From assembly GCA_043808785.1 (NCBI GenBank), contig JAZDEL010000009.1:1680-65679 (forward strand): DNA of 64,000 bases, written 5' to 3'. This stretch comes from Candidatus Iainarchaeum sp. (lineage in GTDB: Archaea > Iainarchaeota > Iainarchaeia > Iainarchaeales > JAZDEL01). The position numbers and the translations under genes were made by a program. Within the stretch, counting starts at the first letter, position 1, and the number at the start of each line of letters is the position of its first letter. The notes below the pieces were generated by a model, which was given only the letters and a program-made list of their open reading frames with translations, searched no databases and was not told the origin of the DNA. Positions 47,451-55,402 of the stretch are shown one piece after another.

Positions 47451-48800
47451 ATGCAATCTTCCAATCCGGCGGGCGGGAAGCCGAAAAAGAAAGTGACCTT
47501 CGGGGTCGAGTTCGAACTGTTCACGCTTGACAAGTCCGGCAGGATGGCAAACACCGCAGGCACGCTCATAGATTCCGTGAGGAAAAAACACCCCCAAATC
47601 GACATTGTAAAGGAATGCGGAAAAAATATGGTTGAAATGCGGAGCGAGCCCGACGCGGACATCCCGAACGCGATGCTGGAAACTCTTGAAGATTTTGAAT
47701 GCCTTCTCCACACCGCGGAAACGGAAAATATTATCCTCTATCCGTACGGCACATACCCCGGGGAATTCAGCCCGCTGATGAACGAGGATAAATCCTATGC
47801 GATAAAGGAGAAAATTTTGGGGAAAAAAAGGTTTTCCATTGCGGGGAGGTGCGTGGGCATGCACTGCCATTATTCCCTGCCCCGCGGCGTATTTGATTTT
47901 TCAAACAAATTCCTCGACATTTTTGCCACGTCGAAAAACAAGGACGTCCTCGGCAACATGTACAACCTTTTTATCGCAATGGACCCCGCGCTGACAACCT
48001 TTACGCAATCCTCCCCCTTTTACCAGGGAAAATATATCGGCAAGGATTCAAGGGTAATAGTGTACAGGGGCGGAAAGCCGTTTAACTATCCCGAAGGGCT
48101 TTACGCCAACCACCCCGAATTCGGGGCGCTTCAGCCCTACAAGCTTGCGTACATCGATTTTAACGAACTGATACAAAAGCAATTTTACCTCTGGAACTAT
48201 ATAATCGACAGCGTGGATGTGAAGCTTCTGGCATTCGCAAAATACGGCTCGATTCTTGACACAGCATGGAATCCGGTGAGAATAAATGCGCACGGCACAA
48301 TGGAACAGCGGGGCATGGACATGAACAGGCCGGGGATTACCGCGGCAATTGCCGCCCTTGTAAAGGCGATATGCGTGGCTGTGCATACGAATTTTTTGGG
48401 TGTTGAACCGTCAAGGGACGCAATAAGCAGGCCTTTTAAATTCGAGAAAAACACGATTTTCATACCGCCGCATTCCCACGTAAGGAATAAGCTTCAGTAT
48501 AATGCCGCCTATAAAGGGCTGGAGGATAAGGACGTGCATAATTACTGCAAAAGCCTTATGGAGCTGGGCAAAAAATTCATGAATAAAAGCGACATCGTGC
48601 TCCTGAAGCCATTGGAGATAATGCTTGAGTCGAGAAAAACGGTTTCGGATGAAATCCTCGATATGGCGAAAAAGCAGGGAATTGACATTGCCGCAAAACT
48701 GTCGAATGAAGATGCGGCACAGCTTGCCCTGCTGCTTTCGAATGAACTGTTCAAGGATGTGTTGCTCACGAAGCAGAGCCTGAGCAAGGCCGAAGGCTGA
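47451..48800 (+). CDS. GCS2-family carboxylate-amine ligase (YbdK / glutamate-cysteine-ligase-like)
   Basis: KVTFGVEFELF N-terminal signature and ...GMHCHYSLP... Length and pattern fit PF04107-type amidoligases. Confidence 0.75.
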   Translation: MQSSNPAGGKPKKKVTFGVEFELFTLDKSGRMANTAGTLIDSVRKKHPQIDIVKECGKNMVEMRSEPDADIPNAMLETLEDFECLLHTAETENIILYPYGTYPGEFSPLMNEDKSYAIKEKILGKKRFSIAGRCVGMHCHYSLPRGVFDFSNKFLDIFATSKNKDVLGNMYNLFIAMDPALTTFTQSSPFYQGKYIGKDSRVIVYRGGKPFNYPEGLYANHPEFGALQPYKLAYIDFNELIQKQFYLWNYIIDSVDVKLLAFAKYGSILDTAWNPVRINAHGTMEQRGMDMNRPGITAAIAALVKAICVAVHTNFLGVEPSRDAISRPFKFEKNTIFIPPHSHVRNKLQYNAAYKGLEDKDVHNYCKSLMELGKKFMNKSDIVLLKPLEIMLESRKTVSDEILDMAKKQGIDIAAKLSNEDAAQLALLLSNELFKDVLLTKQSLSKAEG

Positions 48801-48914
48801 ACTTTTCGCCAGCCTTTTGCAGGCAGCGTGATTTCCGCGAAGCGGAAATCCTTCTTTTCGCAGGCTAAATTTTTCCCCGGGATTTCGGCCATTGGCCGAA
48901 ATTTTTCGGGCACG

Positions 48915-49031
48915 CTAATTGGGCTCCGCCCAATTGCGCCCGTTTTGGCGAAAGCCAAAACAGGGCAGCCCGAAATGCTTTTGGAAGTGAATTCAAAACC
49001 CTTGGTTTTGAAATACGCCCCGAAAAGGCTG
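48915..49031 (-). ncRNA. Stable-RNA trailer module, copy 4 (directly 3' of tRNA-Ser-TGA, minus strand)
   Basis: rc: GCAGCCUUUUCGGGGCGUAUUUCAAAACC..GGUUUUGAAUUCACUUCCAAAAG, then GGGCUGCC.. hairpins. Confidence 0.5.
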
Positions 49032-49114
49032 CGCGGGGGACGAGATTCGAACTCGCGCGTCCAGAGGACTCCCGGTCTCAAGCCGGGTGCGTTTGACCGC
49101 TCCGCCACCCCCGC
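49032..49114 (-). tRNA. tRNA-Ser(TGA)
   Basis: rc: acceptor GCGGGGG/CCCCCGC, anticodon stem CCCGG/CCGGG with loop CUUGAGA, long variable arm, T arm GCGAG-UUCGAAU-CUCGU. Confidence 0.85.
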
Positions 49115-49142
49115 ATGAGGGCGTGAAACCCTATTTACACAC

Positions 49143-49162
49143 TGAACCAAATATTTATTAAT
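49143..49162. promoter_or_regulatory. Palindromic BRE/TATA-like motif GAACCAAATATTTATTAATG, positioned to act as a promoter for the minus-strand tRNA-Ser (about 35 nt upstream of its 5' end) and/or plus-strand small ORFs
   Basis: Shares the core GGAACCAAATATTTAT with 49697-49717 and 49745-49770. TAAATATTTA is self-complementary. Confidence 0.45.
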
Positions 49163-49237
49163 GCCCGCTCTGCCCCTAAAGTAAATTCCCTGAACGCAAC
49201 CAAAAAGTTAAAAAAGAACGGGGGCGTTAATTATAAT

Positions 49238-49396
49238 ATGGCTCAAAAAGGTTTTCTTTCGTTCAGAGTGGCAGGTGCAATAATCGGTTCCGCGGGTTTT
49301 ATTTTGGCGGCATATCAGGGCATGGGAACCGTTCCGACTGCACTGATAGGTATCGGCGTTGTCCTAATCACGGCAGGTTTTGAATATGGGGGTTGA
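49238..49396 (+). CDS. Small membrane protein (52 aa)
   Basis: ATG after TTATAAT. Two hydrophobic helices (...VAGAIIGSAGFILAAY...ALIGIGVVLITAGF). Below the ORF-track cutoff. Confidence 0.3.
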   Translation: MAQKGFLSFRVAGAIIGSAGFILAAYQGMGTVPTALIGIGVVLITAGFEYGG

Positions 49397-49400
49397 GAAT

Positions 49401-49541
49401 ATGGGGGCTGAAATTCTCGGGCTTCTTATGATTGCTGCTTCAATGGTTTTCGCTTTTTACAGAAAGCGGAATGAACTTGGGCTGGCGCTGCTGATTATTC
49501 TCTTTATAGTGGCTTATATGCTGGGCTACTTTGGAAAGTAG
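49401..49541 (+). CDS. Small membrane protein (46 aa)
   Basis: MGAEILGLLMIAASMVFAFYRKRNELGLALLIILFIVAYMLGYFGK. Starts 4 nt after the previous small ORF. Confidence 0.3.
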   Translation: MGAEILGLLMIAASMVFAFYRKRNELGLALLIILFIVAYMLGYFGK

Positions 49542-49696
49542 CGGGATTAATTTTTCCATGCCATTTTTCGCCCCCAAAGCCCGCACTTTTCAGGACTTTA
49601 GGGGCAAAGCCCATCGGCGCCTGCGGGTTCCGTAACTGCCGCGGCACAGGGCAAATAAGGCGGTTTCGGTTCAAAGCCCGCAGGGGGTGCCTGATT

Positions 49697-49770
49697 GCGG
49701 CGGAACCAAATATTTATCGCCCGGCAGGGGTTTATTGCCTCCGCGCGGCGGAACCAAATATTTATTAATG
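49697..49770 (+). promoter_or_regulatory. Two 21-nt direct repeats GCGGCGGAACCAAATATTTAT (49697-49717, 49745-49765), BRE/TATA-like, upstream of the first giant surface-protein gene
   Basis: Exact repeats 48 nt apart. The second is about 25-30 nt from the 49790 ORF start region. Confidence 0.45.
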
Positions 49771-49789
49771 AAGTATTGTCATTATTACA

Positions 49790-52700
49790 GTGCCTGCGCA
49801 TTGGCGCCGGCAGTATGGGGGTTATTTTTTGGGAATCGCGGAAAACCTGCAGTCCATGGCGCAGGAATGGATGCAGGGCATGCGTGAAATTTACTCGAGC
49901 CTTGAGGGCAAGTACTACGACTTCCTCGACAAGGTAGACGAGAAAATCCCGATTTACAGGATAATCGACCCGATTGACAAGGTTGTGCCTTCATTCGCGC
50001 TGCTGCTTCTGCTTATTTTCCTTGCAATTGTTTTGCTGCTTGCCTCGGCTGTGTTCCTTGCCATCATGCAGCCCTCCGCGCTGTTCAGGGTTCAGGATGG
50101 AAAAGGGAACCCGCTTTCGGGAATAGAGGCTGTGGTTGAAAATTCCGCGGGTGCGGGCACCTTCACCACCGATGCGTTCGGCGAGTTCAGGGTTGCGATG
50201 GGCGAGGGGGAGGCGGATGTAAGCATTGACACCGAGGGATACAAGCCGTACTCCGCAACAATTCAGGTTTCCCTCGCCGAGCCGAACATAATAACCCTGC
50301 GCAGCGGCACGGTGCTGCTTGAGGGGGAGAAAACAATAACAGTCAAAATCAGGGATTCCGCGGGGCAGGCAATAAAATCGCTCGTGAACCTGCGCTTTTC
50401 GTGCAGTTACGGCACCGCACCGAGGGGCAGGACAACAAGCACGGGTTCGGCATCAATAGATGTAGAGCTTTCATGCGGAACCCTCACAACCGAGGCCTCT
50501 GCATACGGCTATGAAAACGGGCGCTCGAGCGATAATGTGCAGGCAACCGACACGGTAATTATAGCCATGAACGGCACAAGCACCTCCACAGGCAGCCTGC
50601 GTGCGGAGGTTTTCGACGCGGACAGCGGTGAAAGGCTTCCGGGAGTGACGCTGAAATTATACAAGGAGAGCGAATACGGCACAAGCGCAACCCTCATGGA
50701 AACCGCGGAAACGGATTCATCGGGAGTGAATGTTTTTGAGGGGCTTTACGCAGGCACGTATTACGTAGGCGCGCAGGACATGTCGGAAGAATACATTTCC
50801 GCGGACAGCGGAAGCGTGACAGTTATAAGCGGCAGGCAGGCGGATGTGCAGATAGGGATGCGCAAAAGGGCCGAGCAGGACAGCGAGGCGGAAAAGCTGC
50901 TCCTGCAGTTTGTCGGCGCCGATTCATCTGAACCAGTGGAGGGCGTGCTCGTATCGCTCTTTAACGGCGATGTTTTCGAAACCGCGGAGGAAACCGATTT
51001 CGAGGGGATTGTGGAGTTCAGGAACCTCGATAATGCGGACGAATATTCGATAGTAGCGGAGCACGCGGATTACCTTACGAAGGCGCTGATGAACCTCGAG
51101 CTTGTGCCGAAAACCAGCAACGACCCGATGGTAATAGAGCTCACGCCGGCAACCGAAAGCAATGCAGGCACAGCGAACGTTTCCGTAAAGGATTACCTCG
51201 GCAACCCGCAGTATTCCGCAACCGTGTACCTTTACGACGCGCAGTTTGAATTTTACGTAGGTTCGGGAACAGCGGACAGCGCGGGGAATGCGGAATTCAC
51301 AAACCTGCCCGCGGGAACATACTATGCCTATGCGGAAAAGGGCGCGCTTGAGGGCGTATCGGACGATGAGAGGCTTGATTCCGGCGGAACCATAGCCCTT
51401 TACGTAACCCTCGGCAATGCGATGGGCGGCATAAGGGCGATTGTAACCGATAAGGGCGGCGCGCCCATAGAAGGGGCGGCTGTTGAATTCTTCGATGAGG
51501 CAAGCGGCGGGAAGCTCGGGGATGCGCAGACAGGCGCGGACGGCCTAACGGAGGCGCTTACACTCCCGATAGAAACAAAGCCGTACCTGCGCATAGAAAA
51601 GGAAGGTTACCTGCCGTACACGACAATCGCCTACACACTCAAGGTCGATGAAACAATAGATGCATTGGTTGTGCTCGAAAAGGGCGCCGCGGATTTCAGG
51701 GACGGGGCTCTTGAGATTTCGCTCATGGACGTGCTTGATGAAACAATGCAGCAGGCGGATGTGATTTCGCCCGGCAGCACTTATTATTTCATGTTCAATC
51801 TCCGCGTTTCCGATAATTTCGAAAACGCTGACGCGCTTGTAAGGGCGGGCCTGCAGGAGCAGGTGAATGAGGAGGATTCGGTTATTGTGATAACGGGCGT
51901 GGAGCGCTCGAATGCATCCGCAACACTCTCCGCATGCTACAATGCGGCGGACAATTATGCGGACTGCGAAATAACCGAGGGGGAAGCAAAGCAGGCAAGG
52001 CTCTCTTATGGCACGCTCGAGCGCGGAACGTATGAATTCATGGCAAAGGCGCACATACGCGATGTGCCCGAGGAGGGGCGCGCGGGCACGGTAATTGAGC
52101 TGAGATACGGGGCAAAGGGCACGTACGGCGGCAGGGAAATTTACATGCCGAACAGCAGGGACCTTTATTACGCATCCTACAAATTCGGGCCCATAAGCAG
52201 GGGCAAGGGCAAACTCATATATGAACTCACGCTCGAGGACCCGACAGGGGAGTATTACCCCGAGCCTGTTGAGGCGGGAAAGAAAACCCTTACCCTGCCT
52301 TTGGGTGAAAATTTCATATTGCATTACAAAATAACCAACACAACTGCGGAAGATTTCAGGAACGTGAAAATCTCCGCAGTGAACACCGACACAGCGCTTG
52401 AACTCGGCTACGCGGAGCGCGATTTGGGTTTCCTCGGGCGCGGCACCTCCTTAAGCGATACGCTCGGGTTCAAAACAGCAAAGGATTCCGCAGCTGCGGT
52501 GCTGAAGCTGAGCCTTAACCTTAACCGCAATGATGCAAGTGCCTCTGCAAAATTCAAGGTCCTGCCCGCGGGAAAGATGAATGTTTCGCTCAGCCCGGGC
52601 AAACTTGTGCCGAACCTATCAACAACAGTAACTGTTTTCGTTTCCGATGCATCCGGGGGAGCGCCGATTAAGGGCGCATACATAAGCGTCAAGCGCATAG

Positions 52701-53551
52701 AGGGTAGCACTGAAACGCCGCTGCCTTCGCTGACTGCTGAGAACGGCGGAATGGCTGATGATGCGGGCAAATATTCCATATGGTTCCCCGCGTACGATTA
52801 TGATGAGCAGAACCCCGCAAAGTTCAGGGTAATTGCGCGGAAGAGGGGCTATGTTGATGCAAGTGCGGAAATAGCGCTTGAACCTCTGCCTCCCCCCGAG
52901 AAAGGGTTTGAAACAGGGCTTTCCTGCGTTGAAATAACCCCGCAAAGCGGCAAATGCACAAGGGGCGGAAAAGGGGAATTCACAATAATGAACAGGAACT
53001 GCAAGGCTGTTGTGGAGATTGCGCTTGGAAAGGCGGCTGCAGGCGATATTTCCGCGGAACCGGCGCTTGAAGAGGCTTTCGAGCTTGCGGACGCGCAGAG
53101 CAAAAAAGTAACTGTAACAAGCAACGAATACCTGGGCATACACCCCGTGTTCGTTTACGCGAATTTCAAGGGCAGCGCTGAACAGGCATGGGTTGCGACC
53201 TTTGAACTCATTGTCACGCAGATGGGCACATGCCTTGAAATTGCGGATAATAAATTCACATACGACCTCCTGCAGGGCGACAATAAGGGAACTGCCAAGA
53301 ATATGTGCTATTCAGGCTACTATGACGCCCGTGCGGAGGGCGCAAGCGAGGGGGAAACTGCGGGCTATTACCCGAATGTTGAAACCCCGGATGAAAAGGG
53401 GCTTGTGTTCAGGGTAAGCGAACCGCGCGATTGCACGGGCAGCGGAGGCGCTATAAAGGGATGCAGCCTATTCGATTACATGATGATTAACCGCGGAATG
53501 AAGGGCGAACAGTACGTGCTTATGAATGTCGAGGATTACAGGACAGGATGA
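49790..53551 (+). CDS. Large secreted/surface protein (1253 aa) with an N-terminal signal anchor and multiple carboxypeptidase-regulatory-like/Cna-B-type beta-sandwich repeats
   Basis: Hydrophobic anchor VPSFALLLLLIFLAIVLLLASAVFLAI. Repeated ~80-aa modules (...GTFTTDAFGEFRV..., ...SSGVNVFEGLYAGTYYV..., ...GNAEFTNLPAGTYYAYA..., ...DGLTEALTLPIETKPYLRIEKEGYLP...). Confidence 0.7.
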   Translation: MPAHWRRQYGGYFLGIAENLQSMAQEWMQGMREIYSSLEGKYYDFLDKVDEKIPIYRIIDPIDKVVPSFALLLLLIFLAIVLLLASAVFLAIMQPSALFRVQDGKGNPLSGIEAVVENSAGAGTFTTDAFGEFRVAMGEGEADVSIDTEGYKPYSATIQVSLAEPNIITLRSGTVLLEGEKTITVKIRDSAGQAIKSLVNLRFSCSYGTAPRGRTTSTGSASIDVELSCGTLTTEASAYGYENGRSSDNVQATDTVIIAMNGTSTSTGSLRAEVFDADSGERLPGVTLKLYKESEYGTSATLMETAETDSSGVNVFEGLYAGTYYVGAQDMSEEYISADSGSVTVISGRQADVQIGMRKRAEQDSEAEKLLLQFVGADSSEPVEGVLVSLFNGDVFETAEETDFEGIVEFRNLDNADEYSIVAEHADYLTKALMNLELVPKTSNDPMVIELTPATESNAGTANVSVKDYLGNPQYSATVYLYDAQFEFYVGSGTADSAGNAEFTNLPAGTYYAYAEKGALEGVSDDERLDSGGTIALYVTLGNAMGGIRAIVTDKGGAPIEGAAVEFFDEASGGKLGDAQTGADGLTEALTLPIETKPYLRIEKEGYLPYTTIAYTLKVDETIDALVVLEKGAADFRDGALEISLMDVLDETMQQADVISPGSTYYFMFNLRVSDNFENADALVRAGLQEQVNEEDSVIVITGVERSNASATLSACYNAADNYADCEITEGEAKQARLSYGTLERGTYEFMAKAHIRDVPEEGRAGTVIELRYGAKGTYGGREIYMPNSRDLYYASYKFGPISRGKGKLIYELTLEDPTGEYYPEPVEAGKKTLTLPLGENFILHYKITNTTAEDFRNVKISAVNTDTALELGYAERDLGFLGRGTSLSDTLGFKTAKDSAAAVLKLSLNLNRNDASASAKFKVLPAGKMNVSLSPGKLVPNLSTTVTVFVSDASGGAPIKGAYISVKRIEGSTETPLPSLTAENGGMADDAGKYSIWFPAYDYDEQNPAKFRVIARKRGYVDASAEIALEPLPPPEKGFETGLSCVEITPQSGKCTRGGKGEFTIMNRNCKAVVEIALGKAAAGDISAEPALEEAFELADAQSKKVTVTSNEYLGIHPVFVYANFKGSAEQAWVATFELIVTQMGTCLEIADNKFTYDLLQGDNKGTAKNMCYSGYYDARAEGASEGETAGYYPNVETPDEKGLVFRVSEPRDCTGSGGAIKGCSLFDYMMINRGMKGEQYVLMNVEDYRTG

Positions 53552-53563
53552 TTATGGTGGCGG

Positions 53564-55402
53564 ATGCAGATGGCTATCTGGAGGCTGGCAGTTATGAGGG
53601 CTAACCTTGCGGCAATTGCGCTCATTCTTGCGCTTATCCTGCCCTGTGCATATTCGGCCTCATCACCCCCGGATATTTTCATAAAGGGCGCACTGCAGGT
53701 GCAGGCGGAAAAGGATGTGCTTAATGCGGGGGAAGCGTTGAAACTCAAAATCACGGTTTCGAACCTCGGCGATTGCCCTATTGCGGACGGCGCGGTTGTT
53801 GTTGAAATTGTTAGGGGTGCGGGAATGCCTTACCCTTCGCAGTCCTCGGATGCGGGCACGGTGTTTTATGAGGAAGTGCTTGGCGGAATAACCCTTGCCG
53901 CGGGTCAGAAAAAGGAAATTTCATTCGGGTATGTTCTGCCTTCTGACATTTCCGCGGGTGATTATGCCGCGCAGTTATATTTCCGCACCGCAAGGGCGCC
54001 GATTGCGGGGATTGCGCACCTGTTCGCATCGCCGCTTACGGTTCCGTTCAAGGTTGCGAACCAGGCGGCATCTGCAGAATTCCCGATGCTGAACATTGTT
54101 CGCACAAAAACCGAGTTTAATGGTTACACAGGCCCTGTGGGCGCGCCGGCGGAAGCGGGCTCGAAAATAATTGGCAGGGTTTACGTGCAGAACCTTTCGA
54201 GAATAGAGGTTAGCGGTGCGGAGGTTTTCGTGGCACTGTGCGAGTGGGACGATACTGCCTGCGATAAATATATTTCGGAAAGCACGCAGGCACTGCAGGC
54301 CCTGAAAGCCGGCGCAACCGCAAGCGCGGATGCCGAACTCAGCGCCCCTACTCAGCCTTCCGCCTATGCGATACGCATCGAGGTGCGCGATGCGCAGGGA
54401 AGGGTGCTGTCCCTTTACAGGAACCGCGTTATTGTGCAGGGCGGCACTGCCAAGATACGCAAGATGCTCCTGAACAAGGCTGCTTTTGCACAGGGCGATG
54501 CGATTGAGGTTAATTTCCTCCTCGGCCCGAGCCCGGACCATTACGCAAACCCCGTGTTTGAGAATTTTTCGCTGGATGTGGAATTGAAGGGCACTGGAGG
54601 GGGAGGCGTTTCCCTAACAGGCAGCGAGAACTACGCAAAAATCTCATCCGAAACAGGTTATTATGAAAAGCGGTTTACGTTCACCGCCCCCGAAGCGCTG
54701 GCGCAATTCACGCTCTGCGGAAAGGTTGTGAAGGAAGGCAAGGAGTACGACAGGTACTGCTATGAGGTCAATTCAGCCGGTTTCGCTGTGGAGAAGAAAA
54801 TCGAATCCAAACTTTCCGCGGAATGGAAATACGAAAAAACATCGGGCTTACTCACGCTGAAACTCTGCAGGCTTTCCGCGGGGAAGGAAATTGACATGAA
54901 CTCGCATTATTTCCTGCAGGACAGCGCAAGCGGCGAAATTGTGAAGCAGCGCTTCTTCTCATCGCGCGGATGTTACTCGGACGTGCTTCCGGTTCCGCAG
55001 GCGAAGTATCTGCTTGTGCTTGACGATTACATCTCGAAAACGCAGAAGAGTTTTGCCATGGATTTGTTCAGGGCGCCGGAGGAGAAGCCTGTGGGGGCTG
55101 AAAAAACCTGCGCCCAGTTGGGCGGCTCTGTCTGCCCGCAGGGCGAAGGCTGCACCGCAACGTTTGCGCGCGCATCCGACAGCGCAAGGTGCTGCACCGC
55201 AAAGTGCGCCCCGAAAGGAAGCGTGCCGCCCCCGCAGTCAGGCGGTGATTTATTCTCATTCTTCCTTATACTTATCGGCGTTGTGCTCCTTGCAATAGCA
55301 TTCCTCATACTCAGGAAAGGGCGCAAAAAGGAAACGCCTTTCCCCGCGGACAGCAGGAAGCGCTGGGAGTACGCGCAGCCAGGGGGTGCGGAGCTTGGGT
55401 AA
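53564..55402 (+). CDS. Secreted surface protein (612 aa) with a signal peptide, a Cys-rich module and a C-terminal TM anchor plus basic tail
   Basis: Signal MRANLAAIALILALILPCAYSA. C-terminus ...CAQLGGSVCPQGEGCTATFARASDSARCCTAKCAPKG...LFSFFLILIGVVLLAIAFLILRKGRKKE. Confidence 0.6.
   Translation: MQMAIWRLAVMRANLAAIALILALILPCAYSASSPPDIFIKGALQVQAEKDVLNAGEALKLKITVSNLGDCPIADGAVVVEIVRGAGMPYPSQSSDAGTVFYEEVLGGITLAAGQKKEISFGYVLPSDISAGDYAAQLYFRTARAPIAGIAHLFASPLTVPFKVANQAASAEFPMLNIVRTKTEFNGYTGPVGAPAEAGSKIIGRVYVQNLSRIEVSGAEVFVALCEWDDTACDKYISESTQALQALKAGATASADAELSAPTQPSAYAIRIEVRDAQGRVLSLYRNRVIVQGGTAKIRKMLLNKAAFAQGDAIEVNFLLGPSPDHYANPVFENFSLDVELKGTGGGGVSLTGSENYAKISSETGYYEKRFTFTAPEALAQFTLCGKVVKEGKEYDRYCYEVNSAGFAVEKKIESKLSAEWKYEKTSGLLTLKLCRLSAGKEIDMNSHYFLQDSASGEIVKQRFFSSRGCYSDVLPVPQAKYLLVLDDYISKTQKSFAMDLFRAPEEKPVGAEKTCAQLGGSVCPQGEGCTATFARASDSARCCTAKCAPKGSVPPPQSGGDLFSFFLILIGVVLLAIAFLILRKGRKKETPFPADSRKRWEYAQPGGAELG

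Noticed and set aside
48542-49150. ORFs 48542..49150 (-) and 48828..49118 (+)
   Set aside because: They overlap tRNA-Ser(TGA) and the trailer module. Arg/Pro-rich translations from structured RNA.
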